From NCBI GenBank assembly GCA_041659785.1, contig JBAZXO010000004.1:13270-77269 (forward strand): a DNA stretch of 64,000 nucleotides, written 5' to 3'. Below are positions 27,257 to 36,867 of the stretch, piece after piece (position 1 is the first letter of the stretch; the number at the start of each line of letters is the position of its first letter). A program made the translations under genes and the position numbers. Origin of the DNA: Minisyncoccota bacterium (GTDB lineage Bacteria; Patescibacteriota; Minisyncoccia; Phycocordibacterales; UBA9973). Below the pieces are notes generated by a model, which was not told where the DNA came from, ran no database searches, and saw only the letters and a program-made list of their open reading frames with translations.

Positions 27257-27823
27257 ATGAAAAAAGAAATCATCACAATAACAGGAACTCTAGGAAGCGG
27301 AAAATCAAGCACTTCTGACCTTGTGGCAAAAAGACTTGGCTTTAGTCGTTTTTCTTCTGGGGATTTTATGCGCAAAATTGCTCTAGATATGGGTATTTCG
27401 CTTAATGAACTAAGCATAAAAGCTCAAAATGACAACAGTATAGACGAGAAAATAGATGAAGAGGTAAAAAAAGCTGGACAATTAGAAAAAATTGTCATCG
27501 ATTCACGTTTAGCTTTCCATTGGATACCAGAATCTTTTAGAGTTTATCTAGATCTACCTCCCGAGATAGCTCAGCAAAGGATTCTAAATAATTTAAAAGA
27601 CAACAAGCTCCGCAGGCAAAGCGAAGACTCCCTAACAACAGAAGAAATTTATAAGAAAATAATTTTCCGTAGAGAAAGTGAACGAATGAGGTATCAAAAA
27701 TTATACGGCATAGACCATACAGATAAAAAGAATTTTATTCTAGTAATAGACACAAACAAAAACAACCTGGAGCAGGTTGTTGATATAATCGTCTCAGAAT
27801 ATAAAAAGTGGATAGCTAGCTAG
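27257..27823 (+). CDS. cmk: Cytidylate kinase (archaeal-type)
   Basis: ITGTLGSGKS, SSGDFMR, IDSRLAFHW, RRESERMRY. Confidence 0.85.
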   Translation: MKKEIITITGTLGSGKSSTSDLVAKRLGFSRFSSGDFMRKIALDMGISLNELSIKAQNDNSIDEKIDEEVKKAGQLEKIVIDSRLAFHWIPESFRVYLDLPPEIAQQRILNNLKDNKLRRQSEDSLTTEEIYKKIIFRRESERMRYQKLYGIDHTDKKNFILVIDTNKNNLEQVVDIIVSEYKKWIAS

Positions 27824-29091
27824 TACTCTCTCATTGAGACTTGTGCATCTACTTTCTTTATCAAATCAAGCACTACAGACACCACGATGAGTACTGATGT
27901 ACCACCAAGAGCAAGAGATGTATCTCCTGTTATAAATTGCATGATGAGAGGCAATACTGCAACGAAACCAAGAAATACTGCTCCAAGTAAAGTAATGCGG
28001 CTTAATACTTTTGAAATATATTCAGAGGTAGATAGTCCTGGACGAATTCCTGGAATAAATGCACCATTTTTCTGTAAGTTTGTAGATAATGCTTCAGGAT
28101 CAAAGGTGACAGCTGTATAAAAGTAAGTAAATAGAAATACTAAAATAAAATATAATATTGCGTATAAAACTGAAGTCTGTGTGAAGGAAACAAGCACATG
28201 AGAAATCTTGGAAATAACTACATTGGAATATCTAGATAAAAAAGTTCCAATCATTTGAGGGAAAAGTAAAATTGAAAGGGCAAAAATTATTGGAATAACT
28301 CCAGCCTGGTTTACACGAAGAGGTAAATAAGTAGAACCTCCACCGTACATCTTCATGCCTCGAACACGTTTAGCGTAAGTGACCGGAATAGGTCTTTCTG
28401 CTTCAGTAACGATAACAATACCTGCCAAAATAATAAGACCAACAACAAAGAACACAAGATACAAAGGTATTTGTGATACATCGAAAGTAAAAATATGCTG
28501 ACTAACCCAAGATGGAAGTCTAGAAACAATACCCGCAAAGATTATGAGTGATACTCCGTTTCCAATACCAAACTCAGTGACAAGCTCACCGATCCACATA
28601 AGTAGAACAGAGCCAGCAATAACGATGAGTAAATTTGTAACACGGTCGAAAGCAGTCAAATTAACTAAAATATTTTGTTTCTCGAGAATATACAAAAGAC
28701 TGAACCCTTGGATAGCTGCAAGCGGTACAGTAAGCAATCTAGAATATTGAGCAAATCTTTTTCTGCCTGCTTCACCTTCATCATGATAAATTCTTTTTAA
28801 TGAAGGAACCATGATAGTGAGGAGCTGCATAATGATCGAACCTGTGATGTATGGACCTACTCCGAGCATGATAACAGATAAGTTGGAAAGTCCGCCACCA
28901 GAGAAAATATTTAAAATACCGAAGAATTGGTTGTTGGAAAGAAATCTAGAAAGTTCTAAGGTATCTATTCCTGGAATAGGAATAGCAGAAAGTAATCTGA
29001 ACACGATCAACGCAAAAAAAACAAAGATTACTCTTTTGCGTAAAGTTGTATCTGTCCAAATTAACTTTATTTTATTCCAGAAATTTTGCAT
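27820..29091 (-). CDS. secY: Preprotein translocase SecY
   Basis: LGVGPYITGSII, GIGNGVSLIIF, AGVIPIIFA, FIPGIRPG. Confidence 0.98.
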   Translation of the reverse strand: MQNFWNKIKLIWTDTTLRKRVIFVFFALIVFRLLSAIPIPGIDTLELSRFLSNNQFFGILNIFSGGGLSNLSVIMLGVGPYITGSIIMQLLTIMVPSLKRIYHDEGEAGRKRFAQYSRLLTVPLAAIQGFSLLYILEKQNILVNLTAFDRVTNLLIVIAGSVLLMWIGELVTEFGIGNGVSLIIFAGIVSRLPSWVSQHIFTFDVSQIPLYLVFFVVGLIILAGIVIVTEAERPIPVTYAKRVRGMKMYGGGSTYLPLRVNQAGVIPIIFALSILLFPQMIGTFLSRYSNVVISKISHVLVSFTQTSVLYAILYFILVFLFTYFYTAVTFDPEALSTNLQKNGAFIPGIRPGLSTSEYISKVLSRITLLGAVFLGFVAVLPLIMQFITGDTSLALGGTSVLIVVSVVLDLIKKVDAQVSMREY

Positions 29092-29092
29092 T

Positions 29093-29419
29093 TTATTTAA
29101 TCCTTATCTTTTTACCTTTGATCCCTAAGCGCTTTCTGATATCAGAGAATTTTTCTTGTTCTGTACCTTTTTTAATATCTCTTATGGAGACGAGCTTATC
29201 TTTTCCTAAAATTAAAACTTTTTGAATAGACTTAAATTGATAACCACGATTTTTAGGTAACTTCTTAATGATATCACGAAGTTCTGGACGGCGTTTGTTT
29301 CCGGCACGAGCTGTCTGACCCTTACCTCCACGGCCAGACGTCTTCGCATGCTTACCTCCTCGGCCTACGAGTCTGTCTTTTTTATTCTTATGGGTTCTTT
29401 TTAAATTATGTATTTGCAT
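29093..29419 (-). CDS. rplO: 50S ribosomal protein uL15 (short)
   Basis: VGRGG, KTSGRGGKGQTARAG, KLPKNRG; position before secY. Confidence 0.9.
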   Translation of the reverse strand: MQIHNLKRTHKNKKDRLVGRGGKHAKTSGRGGKGQTARAGNKRRPELRDIIKKLPKNRGYQFKSIQKVLILGKDKLVSIRDIKKGTEQEKFSDIRKRLGIKGKKIRIK

Positions 29420-29422
29420 TTG

Positions 29423-29502
29423 TTTAGTTCTTAAAGTTTATAATGTTATAAAGTTTGTAAAGTATTTCCTTTATAACTTTATGAACTTGATTACTTTTAA
29501 CT
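29423..29502. repeat. Family E 80-bp element, copy 2, at the canonical rpmD position
   Basis: Matches 18285-18364; contains the rpsE stop codon. Confidence 0.85.
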
Positions 29503-30084
29503 TGTTTTGCCTTCTTCTGGCAAAACGACTTCTTTATTTGCAATGACTACAGTCTCAGGAACTATTTTTGTATATTTTGAAGAAATTTGAGAAAGTGCTG
29601 ACATCACTGCTTTCGCATTATTTAATTTATTTTTACTATTAGATAAAATTTTTCCAGTGACATCTTTGATTCCAGAAAGTTTTATAATGTCACGAACAAC
29701 TGAGCCAGCTACGAGACCGCGGCCTTTGTTGGGCTTTAGCATGATGTATGAACTTGAGAATTTTGCAGAAAGGTCATGAGGAATAGACATGGTCTTAGTG
29801 AGGTTTAGTCTGATCATGTTTTTCTTGGCATTTCGGAGAGCTTTATTGATTGCAAGAGCTGTGTCTCCAGCTTTTCCTAAACCTAAACCGACAGATCCTT
29901 TCTTATCCCCTGCTACCAATGCAACACTGAAAGAAAATCTGCGTCCACCGGCTACCACACGAGTAACACGTCGAATATTTAAGATCTTTTGATCAAACTC
30001 AGGCTTGACTCTGTTGAAAGAACTGGATCTACGACCCGTATTCTTCTTTTCTCTTATATTTTCTTTTGCTTTATCTTTATCCAT
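29497..30084 (-). CDS. rpsE: 30S ribosomal protein uS5
   Basis: RRVTRVVAGGRRFSFS. Confidence 0.97.
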   Translation of the reverse strand: MDKDKAKENIREKKNTGRRSSSFNRVKPEFDQKILNIRRVTRVVAGGRRFSFSVALVAGDKKGSVGLGLGKAGDTALAINKALRNAKKNMIRLNLTKTMSIPHDLSAKFSSSYIMLKPNKGRGLVAGSVVRDIIKLSGIKDVTGKILSNSKNKLNNAKAVMSALSQISSKYTKIVPETVVIANKEVVLPEEGKTS

Positions 30085-30102
30085 ACAAATAATTAATAAG
30101 TT

Positions 30103-30444
30103 TTAAAATTCTAATCCTCCGGCTCGGGCTTCATCAGCTACTAATTTTATTCGTCCGGTATATTTAAATCCATTACGATCGAAAACAACTTTTTTAATTT
30201 TTATTTTTAAACAAGCTACTCCAATAGCCTTACCTACTTCCTTGGCTCTTTCACTCTTTGTGCCTTTTTTTATTTTAACATCACTTGCCTGTGCGAGTGT
30301 TTTACCAGTTAAGTCATTGATGACTTGCGCATAGATAAATTTATTTGATCGAAATACAGTAAGACGTGGGCGCTCTGAAGTACCTTGGATTTTTACCCTT
30401 ATCTTCTTCTTTAGTCTTATTCTTTTATCAGTTTTATTAATCAT
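30103..30444 (-). CDS. rplR: 50S ribosomal protein uL18
   Basis: [23 protein letters not shown]. Confidence 0.97.
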   Translation of the reverse strand: MINKTDKRIRLKKKIRVKIQGTSERPRLTVFRSNKFIYAQVINDLTGKTLAQASDVKIKKGTKSERAKEVGKAIGVACLKIKIKKVVFDRNGFKYTGRIKLVADEARAGGLEF

Positions 30445-30449
30445 ATGTT

Positions 30450-30983
30450 TTATACAGTCTTTTTACCTTGTTTTCGTCTTATAACTTCACCTTCATAACG
30501 CATACCTTTACCTTTATAAGGTTCTGGCTTCTTCAATGCACGTACAGCTGCAGTAAAACTTCCAACAAGTTCTTTATCTATACCAGTAATCGTAATATTA
30601 TTTTTCTCAGCTGTGGCAGTAATGCCTTCTGGAATAGGGACAATAACAGGATGAGAAAATCCTAAAGCAAAATGAAGCTCTTTGCCTTTTACTTCAGATT
30701 TAAATCCAACTCCTTCTAAAATTAATTTCTTTTGGTAAGGGGTAACTACTCCAGCAATCATATTTTTTATGTGTGAAGCATATGTACCCCAAAGAGATTT
30801 AGAAAATTTGTCGTTTCTCTTTATGTTTAAAGTAATGATCTTGTCAGTAATAGTAATGGCAATATCGTCTCTGAAAATTTTATTGAGTGTTCCCTTGGGA
30901 CCAGTAACAGTAAAAGTGTTGCCAACGTTTGTGACTTTCACTCCTTCCGGTATTAATATTTCTTGTTTTCCTATTCTACTCAT
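30450..30983 (-). CDS. rplF: 50S ribosomal protein uL6
   Basis: [20 protein letters not shown]. Confidence 0.97.
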   Translation of the reverse strand: MSRIGKQEILIPEGVKVTNVGNTFTVTGPKGTLNKIFRDDIAITITDKIITLNIKRNDKFSKSLWGTYASHIKNMIAGVVTPYQKKLILEGVGFKSEVKGKELHFALGFSHPVIVPIPEGITATAEKNNITITGIDKELVGSFTAAVRALKKPEPYKGKGMRYEGEVIRRKQGKKTV

Positions 30984-30991
30984 ATATTTTT

Positions 30992-31378
30992 TTACCAAAC
31001 TCTAAACAAAGCTTCTCCACCGACTTGCTCATGCCTTGCTTCTTTACCTGATAAGATTCCTTTTGGTGTTGAAAGTACAAGTAAACCAGAACCGTTTCGA
31101 ACTGAATGGATATCTTTCATACCGAAATAAACACGTCGTGATTGTTTGGAAATTCTTTCAACTTCTGCAATCTTTGGCTTTTTGTCTACATAAATAAGTC
31201 CAACTTCCAACATGGGTTGGCCTTTTTTTACTTTTTTAGAAATCTCAGAGATGTATCCTGCCTTTTTTAAACATTCACCAATAGCATTCTTCATCTTGGA
31301 ATATGGAACAAGAACAGACTCCTTGCCTGCAAGTGAACCGTTCTTCATTATTATTATCATGTTTGAAATTGAATCCAT
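30992..31378 (-). CDS. rpsH: 30S ribosomal protein uS8
   Basis: MDSISNM, RISKQSRRVY, LSTPKG, VGGE. Confidence 0.96.
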   Translation of the reverse strand: MDSISNMIIIMKNGSLAGKESVLVPYSKMKNAIGECLKKAGYISEISKKVKKGQPMLEVGLIYVDKKPKIAEVERISKQSRRVYFGMKDIHSVRNGSGLLVLSTPKGILSGKEARHEQVGGEALFRVW

Positions 31379-31395
31379 AATTTTATTTAAATTTT

Positions 31396-31581
31396 TTACC
31401 AAGAAGACTTCCTAACTCCTGGAAGCATACCTTCATTTGCTAATTCTCTAAAACAAATACGGCAAATACCGAAATCTCTCATGAAAGCATTTCCACGGCC
31501 ACAACGAAAACATCGATTTTTTGCTCGAGTGGAAAATTTTGGTGTTTTTTTGCTTCTTGCTATTACTGATGTTTTTGCCAT
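31396..31581 (-). CDS. rpsN: 30S ribosomal protein uS14, Zn-binding type
   Basis: [21 protein letters not shown]. Confidence 0.96.
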   Translation of the reverse strand: MAKTSVIARSKKTPKFSTRAKNRCFRCGRGNAFMRDFGICRICFRELANEGMLPGVRKSSW

Positions 31582-31598
31582 AAATAATTAATAGGGAG

Positions 31599-31624
31599 CT
31601 TGCCTCGCCTAAAGGCGGGGTGAA
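31599..31624 (-). repeat. Family A palindrome, intergenic
   Basis: Reverse complement TTCACCCCGCCTTTAGGCGAGGCAAG. Confidence 0.7.
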
Positions 31625-31748
31625 CTTCGTTAATATCTCACTTTTTTTCTTTAAACCTCTAAGGTAGAGAGTTAAAGGAGAAAAGTGGATTAATCAAAGC
31701 TATATTCCCTTGTTTTTATACTATCAAATTTAACATAATTAGTCAATC

Positions 31749-32315
31749 TTACTTTTTCTTACTATCTTCCTCTTTTTTAAAAGGAATACCTAAAATTTCA
31801 AAAAATGCTGTACCTTCTTTTTTATTGTGAGCAGTTGAAACCATGGTGATAGACATACCGAAAACATCGCGGATATCTTCATCAGCTGTCTCTGGGAAAA
31901 TTGTGTGTTCTTTAATACCGATAGTTAAGTTACCGATGTCATCTACAGCTTTGCGATTGATACCACGGAAGTCTTTCGTACGAGGAAGAGCTACATTGAT
32001 AAGCTTTTCCAAGAAAGCGTACATTCTCTTACCACGCAATGTAACGACAACTCCGACAGGGTCACCCTGACGAATTTTGAAAGTTGAGATTGATTGTTTT
32101 GCTCCACGAAGAGCAGTCTTCTGGCCAGTAATTTTTGCCAAACGATCACCAATAGCTTCATTTTTATTCTTGTCTTTCTTTACCATAGTTCCAGTACCGA
32201 CGTTGATAACAACTTTCGTCATCTTTGGTGCTGCCATGATATTTTTAAAATGAAAAACAGTTTTCATTTTTGCAAAGGCTTCTATTTCTTTTTCTTTTAC
32301 AGTTAAATGTTTCAT
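31749..32315 (-). CDS. rplE: 50S ribosomal protein uL5
   Basis: ITGQK, FKIRQG, LPRTKDFRG. Confidence 0.97.
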   Translation of the reverse strand: MKHLTVKEKEIEAFAKMKTVFHFKNIMAAPKMTKVVINVGTGTMVKKDKNKNEAIGDRLAKITGQKTALRGAKQSISTFKIRQGDPVGVVVTLRGKRMYAFLEKLINVALPRTKDFRGINRKAVDDIGNLTIGIKEHTIFPETADEDIRDVFGMSITMVSTAHNKKEGTAFFEILGIPFKKEEDSKKK

Positions 32316-32330
32316 ATCTTATATTTATTA

Positions 32331-32636
32331 CTAAACTTCTTGATCGCTTTTCTTGGTAATTCTGACCATTTTTTCACCAATTTTCTTTTTTCCGAGGCGT
32401 GTTGCCTTTCCAGTCTTTGGATCAATCATCATAACGTTAGAAGCACTCATCGCCATCTCGATGTCTTTCATGGTTCCCTTCTCTCCAGACTTTCTAGGGC
32501 GCTGATGTTTCTTCATCATATTTAAACCATCTACAATAACTTTATTTTTCTTAACTAAAACATGGATAATCTTTCCGGATTTTCCTTTATCTTTACCTGC
32601 GATTATTATTACGTTGTCTCCCTTTTTTAATTTCAT
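32331..32636 (-). CDS. rplX: 50S ribosomal protein uL24
   Basis: KKGDNVIIIAGKDKGK KOW motif. Confidence 0.97.
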   Translation of the reverse strand: MKLKKGDNVIIIAGKDKGKSGKIIHVLVKKNKVIVDGLNMMKKHQRPRKSGEKGTMKDIEMAMSASNVMMIDPKTGKATRLGKKKIGEKMVRITKKSDQEV

Positions 32637-32651
32637 ATACTTATTATTTAC

Positions 32652-32718
32652 AGTGTTTTGTTTTTTGTAATTTTTGAAGACCGTAGTAGGGCTAAAAAAT
32701 TATAAAAAACAAAACACT
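32652..32718 (+). repeat. Family C hairpin element, copy 1
   Basis: Core TAATTTTTGAAGACCGTAGTAGGGCTAAAAAATTA with long outer stem. Confidence 0.85.
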
Positions 32719-32726
32719 ACTATCTA

Positions 32727-33098
32727 CTAAATGACTTCTTGGGCTAAAGAAATTATCTTTTGGAATCCTTTTTCTGCTAATTCTCTTGGGATTGGTCCGA
32801 AAATACGTCCAGCTTTGGGATCTTTTTTACCTTTTTCTAAAATAACCACAGCATTATCATCAAAACGAATGTATGAACCATCCTTTCGTCTAAATGCACC
32901 TCTTGTGCGAACAACGACAGCCTGATGAACATCTTTCTTTTTTACGGCTTTTCTGGGACTAGCAACCTTGACTGAGATGATAACTAGCTCACCTAAGGTG
33001 GCATATCTCTTTTTTGAAGAGCCTAAAATTTTGAACACCTTTCCTACGGTGCCTCCGGCGTTATCTGTTATTTTTACTAAAGTTTCATTTTGAATCAT
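32727..33098 (-). CDS. rplN: 50S ribosomal protein uL14
   Basis: MIQ, DGSYIRFDDNAVV, RIFGPIPREL. Confidence 0.97.
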   Translation of the reverse strand: MIQNETLVKITDNAGGTVGKVFKILGSSKKRYATLGELVIISVKVASPRKAVKKKDVHQAVVVRTRGAFRRKDGSYIRFDDNAVVILEKGKKDPKAGRIFGPIPRELAEKGFQKIISLAQEVI

Positions 33099-33113
33099 AA
33101 AATTGAATTAAAA

Positions 33114-33374
33114 TTATTGCACTACCTTAAATTTCTTGTCTTTTGAGATAGGTCTGGTTTCGACGATTTCTACATTATCCCCTGTTTTGAATTTATTCTC
33201 TTCATCGTGTGCCTTATATTTCTTGCTGACTTTGTAAAACTTTCCATAAAGTGGATGTTTGATGAATCTGGAAACAGAAACAACGACGGTCTTATCCATC
33301 TTGTCTCCTACAACAACTCCCTTTAGGAATTTACCTTTATTATCTGATATTTCTTTTTTTTCTTTATTTGCCAT
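33114..33374 (-). CDS. rpsQ: 30S ribosomal protein uS17
   Basis: [21 protein letters not shown]. Confidence 0.97.
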   Translation of the reverse strand: MANKEKKEISDNKGKFLKGVVVGDKMDKTVVVSVSRFIKHPLYGKFYKVSKKYKAHDEENKFKTGDNVEIVETRPISKDKKFKVVQ

Positions 33375-33386
33375 ATATTCTTTTTA

Positions 33387-33590
33387 TTACTTCTTTTTAT
33401 TTATCTCGGTCAATATTTTAGCTATTTGTTTCTTTAAAGTTGCTTGTTCTTTTACGTTCTTTGACTTTGAACCTTCAGCTTTAAATCTTATAACTCTGAC
33501 TTCTTCTCTCAAGAGAGCAAGCTTCTTTACAAGCTCCGACCCTTTTAACTCTTTTAAATTTTCTCTTAAGTTTTTACTTGTCTTTGCCAT
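33387..33590 (-). CDS. rpmC: 50S ribosomal protein uL29
   Basis: KKQIAKILTE; synteny. Confidence 0.9.
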   Translation of the reverse strand: MAKTSKNLRENLKELKGSELVKKLALLREEVRVIRFKAEGSKSKNVKEQATLKKQIAKILTEINKKK

Positions 33591-33593
33591 ATA

Positions 33594-34022
33594 TTATTGT
33601 TTGTGGGCTCTAGAAATGATTCTAGTCTTAAGTGGTAATTTAGAGCCAGCTTTTCTTAAAGCTTCATGCGCTATCTTTTCATCGACACCATCAACTTCGA
33701 AAATAATACGTCCAGGTAAAACATCAAAACAGTATCCCTGTGGATCTCCTTTACCTTTTCCCATGCCCACTTCAGCAGCCTTAGAAGTAAAAGGTCTGTC
33801 AGGGAAAATACGAATCCAGTATTTACCAGTCTTGGTTAAAGTACGAGAAATGACTTTTCGGGCAGATTCAATTTGTGTTGATTTTACACGTGCTTGAGTC
33901 TCAGACTTTAATCCGAAAGAACCGAAAGCAAGCTTGATGCCACGTGTATCTGCAGTTCGCGTTTTAGGATTTGAACGCTGAGTTTGCCATTTTCTAAATT
34001 TTACTTTTTTCGGTAATAACAT
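33594..34022 (-). CDS. rplP: 50S ribosomal protein uL16
   Basis: MLLPKKVKFRK, WIRIFPD, MGKGKG. Confidence 0.97.
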   Translation of the reverse strand: MLLPKKVKFRKWQTQRSNPKTRTADTRGIKLAFGSFGLKSETQARVKSTQIESARKVISRTLTKTGKYWIRIFPDRPFTSKAAEVGMGKGKGDPQGYCFDVLPGRIIFEVDGVDEKIAHEALRKAGSKLPLKTRIISRAHKQ

Positions 34023-34051
34023 AATATTTTATGGTTAATTTCTACTGAATA

Positions 34052-34777
34052 TTAATCAGTTTTTAAATTATTCTCTTTATCATCTTCTTTGGTATTTACA
34101 AAAGCGTTACGGGCATTTTTCTTATCAGCAAAAATCTTACCACGATAAATCCAAACTTTAATACCGACAACACCATATGAAAGGGTTGCTCGTTCACGTT
34201 TGAAATCTATGTCCGCACGGAAAGTCTGAAGCGGAATACTCCCACGCTTAAGCTCTTCCGTTCGAGCAATTTCAGCTCCACCAAGGCGGCCAGAGAGAAC
34301 GACTCTCGCACCTTCTACTCCATGAGCTTGCATAACTTTTTCGATAATTTGTTTTATTACTCGGCGATAAGGCATTCTCTTTTCGAGTCCTTCGGCGATC
34401 ATATAAGCAACGATTGCAGCGTCAGCTTCTGGATTTGTAACTTCCATAATTTCAAGCTTAAAATCTTCTGGTCGAGGAAGCTTGAGGTTATCCATCTTCT
34501 TTAATATGTCTTCTTTGAGCTTTGTTGCACCTTCTCCACTTCTACCAATGATGAGACCTGGGCGAGAAGTTTTAATGATAAAACGAGTAGCTTTTCGGCT
34601 TCTCTCTATTTCAATACTAGAAATGTACATACCACGTAATTTCTTTTCCAAATATTGGCGTATCAAAACATCACCCTTTAAATAAGCGACATACTTCTTA
34701 GGATCAGCAAACCAACGGGACTTCCAGTCTCGGAGGATGATCAATCTATGTGCATATGGGTGAACTATTTTACTCAT
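34052..34777 (-). CDS. rpsC: 30S ribosomal protein uS3
   Basis: RPGLIIGRSG, SGRLGGAEIAR, PLQTFRADID. Confidence 0.97.
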   Translation of the reverse strand: MSKIVHPYAHRLIILRDWKSRWFADPKKYVAYLKGDVLIRQYLEKKLRGMYISSIEIERSRKATRFIIKTSRPGLIIGRSGEGATKLKEDILKKMDNLKLPRPEDFKLEIMEVTNPEADAAIVAYMIAEGLEKRMPYRRVIKQIIEKVMQAHGVEGARVVLSGRLGGAEIARTEELKRGSIPLQTFRADIDFKRERATLSYGVVGIKVWIYRGKIFADKKNARNAFVNTKEDDKENNLKTD

Positions 34778-34793
34778 GATATTTTGTTTAAAA

Positions 34794-35189
34794 TTATTTA
34801 ACTTTTTTAACCTTAGGGGTAATTTTCTTTGCTGTCTTTTCTACTTTTGATTTTTTAAGTGGAATAACTTTTTCTGCTAAAAGAATAAAAAGATGGCTGG
34901 TGCGTTTGTTTATTCTATGCCCAGTACCCATCGCAGCAGGCATCATTCTCTTCATGGTAATACCCTTATCTACTCGTAATTCCTTTATATATAAATTATC
35001 TACCTCTACACCCATTTGTTTCGCATTTGAAACAGCAGAAAGTAAAAGTTTCTTGACTGGAAGTCCTGCACGTTTAGCTAAAAAATCAAGCTCAGCAATT
35101 GCTTCTGATACTTTCTTACCTCGGATAAGCCCTGCAACTAAGCGAACTTTTCTTGGTGACTGCCTGTAATTTTTTAAAAATGCTTTCAT
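34794..35189 (-). CDS. rplV: 50S ribosomal protein uL22
   Basis: RQSPRKVRLVA, INKRTSH. Confidence 0.97.
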   Translation of the reverse strand: MKAFLKNYRQSPRKVRLVAGLIRGKKVSEAIAELDFLAKRAGLPVKKLLLSAVSNAKQMGVEVDNLYIKELRVDKGITMKRMMPAAMGTGHRINKRTSHLFILLAEKVIPLKKSKVEKTAKKITPKVKKVK

Positions 35190-35208
35190 AATAGTTTATT
35201 ATTTAGGA

Positions 35209-35556
35209 TTATTTCTTTTTGGCATCATCAGCAGCAGCTGTAGCGGACTTAGCTTGAGCTATTTCAGACTCTTTCTTCTTTTGTTCGAGCTCTTTCTGCA
35301 TCTTTCCTCCGTGTTTCATGAATTTCTTAGTTGGGGAAAATTCTCCTAATCTGTGCCCAACCATGTCTTCGGTAACGAGGACCTCTACGTGTGTCTTGCC
35401 GTTATAGACGCCAAAAGTAAAACCGAGCATTTCGGGAGATATCATACAAGCTCTCTTCCAGGTCTTCACCATAGGTGTCTGGAGCGGGTTTTTACCGGCA
35501 ATCTTTGATAAGAGCCTTTCGTCGATATTTAGTCCTTTTTTAATTGATCTTGTCAT
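35209..35556 (-). CDS. rpsS: 30S ribosomal protein uS19 with C-terminal extension
   Basis: MTRSIKKG, MVGHRLGEFSPT. Confidence 0.96.
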   Translation of the reverse strand: MTRSIKKGLNIDERLLSKIAGKNPLQTPMVKTWKRACMISPEMLGFTFGVYNGKTHVEVLVTEDMVGHRLGEFSPTKKFMKHGGKMQKELEQKKKESEIAQAKSATAAADDAKKK

Positions 35557-35686
35557 AAATTTAGCAAACAAAAAGCTCCTAACGAGCTTGGTTTCATAAT
35601 AGCAAATTTAATCTTAATGTCAACTAGATTCTAAAAGACCATTATAATAAAAAGCTCAAATTAAAAAATGTCAATTTTTGAAAAAC

Positions 35687-35710
35687 AAAATCCCCTTTCG
35701 GGGATTTTTT
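35687..35710 (-). terminator. Intrinsic terminator after rplB
   Basis: AAAATCCCC-TTTC-GGGGATTTT. Confidence 0.7.
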
Positions 35711-35711
35711 A

Positions 35712-36551
35712 TTATTTATTCTTTCCAGTCTTACGTCGTGAGACAATAAAGATATTTGAATATTTCTTTGGTCGGCGAGATTTTTTTCCTCCGGTAACCT
35801 TACCCCATCTGGTCTTAGGTCGTTTAGTTCCACGTCCTTGTCTGCCTTCTCCTCCTCCGTATGGATGGTCTACTGGGTTCATCGCAGTACCACGAACTTT
35901 TGGTCTAATACCTTTCCAGCGACTTCTTCCAGCTTTACCGAAATTTTCTAAGTGATGTTCTTCATTTGAAACAGTACCGATAGAAGCCCAACAATTTTCA
36001 TTTATTTTTCTTATTTCCGTTGAAGGCATTTTCAAGTTTGTATACCCATCAGCATTTGCTACAACTTGAGCGAATATTCCAGCACTGCGGCCGATCTTCG
36101 CACCACCATTGTGCTTGATTTCAATGTTATAAACAAAGGTTCCCACAGGAATAGCTTTAAGAGGAAGTCTGTTTCCTGGCTTGAGTTCTGCTTTTTCAGA
36201 TACGATAAAAGTATCACCAGGCTTTACAGATTTGGGTAATACTACATATCTTTTCTCTCCATCTTTGTAAACAGCAAGACCGATAAATGCTGAACGGTTT
36301 GGATCGTATTCAATAGTTTTTATTTTTGCAGGAATTTCTTTTTTGTTATACAAAAAATCAACATCTCGATAAAGTCTTTTATGTCCGCCACCTTTGTGCA
36401 TCATGGTAATGCGTCCAGCACTGTTTCGTCCTACATTACGCTTGAAACCATGTGTGAGGGATTTAGTAGGTGTCGAAGTCGTCAACACTCCCCTGTAATT
36501 CACATTGGTCATTTGTCTTCTTGATTTTGTTGTTGGCTTGTATGTTTTCAT
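35712..36551 (-). CDS. rplB: 50S ribosomal protein uL2
   Basis: IEYDPNRSA, RGTAMNPVDHPYGGGEG. Confidence 0.98.
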   Translation of the reverse strand: MKTYKPTTKSRRQMTNVNYRGVLTTSTPTKSLTHGFKRNVGRNSAGRITMMHKGGGHKRLYRDVDFLYNKKEIPAKIKTIEYDPNRSAFIGLAVYKDGEKRYVVLPKSVKPGDTFIVSEKAELKPGNRLPLKAIPVGTFVYNIEIKHNGGAKIGRSAGIFAQVVANADGYTNLKMPSTEIRKINENCWASIGTVSNEEHHLENFGKAGRSRWKGIRPKVRGTAMNPVDHPYGGGEGRQGRGTKRPKTRWGKVTGGKKSRRPKKYSNIFIVSRRKTGKNK

Positions 36552-36554
36552 TTT

Positions 36555-36588
36555 CTTTATAACTTTATAAACTTTTTACTTTATAACT
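36555..36588 (+). repeat. Family E short array
   Basis: CTTTATAACTTTATAAACTTTTTACTTTATAACT. Confidence 0.55.
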
Positions 36589-36856
36589 AGACGAAGTCAA
36601 TCTTGTCTCCCTTTTTTAAATAAACAAAAGCTTTTCTGCCTCCACCACGTACTCCAGCTTTACCTTTAGACATAATGCTTTTCTTTGGCACAGGTAAAAC
36701 ATTTACTTTTACTGGATGAACTTTATAAAGGGCAAAAATAGCTTTCTTAATTTCTGTCTTGTTAGCAGACTGAGTAATATCAAAAGTATAAACATTATGC
36801 TCGAAAGCATTTGACGCTTTTTCTGTAACTCTTGGATTTTTAATAATTGTTGTCAT
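36587..36856 (-). CDS. rplW: 50S ribosomal protein uL23
   Basis: PRVTEKA, ANKTEIKKAI, RKAFVYL. Confidence 0.96.
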   Translation of the reverse strand: MTTIIKNPRVTEKASNAFEHNVYTFDITQSANKTEIKKAIFALYKVHPVKVNVLPVPKKSIMSKGKAGVRGGGRKAFVYLKKGDKIDFV

Positions 36857-36867
36857 GTTATTTTTTT

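Noticed and set aside
33259-33897. 212-aa + strand ORF and other antisense ORFs across the ribosomal operon
   Set aside because: Antisense shadows of conserved genes with no recognisable motifs.
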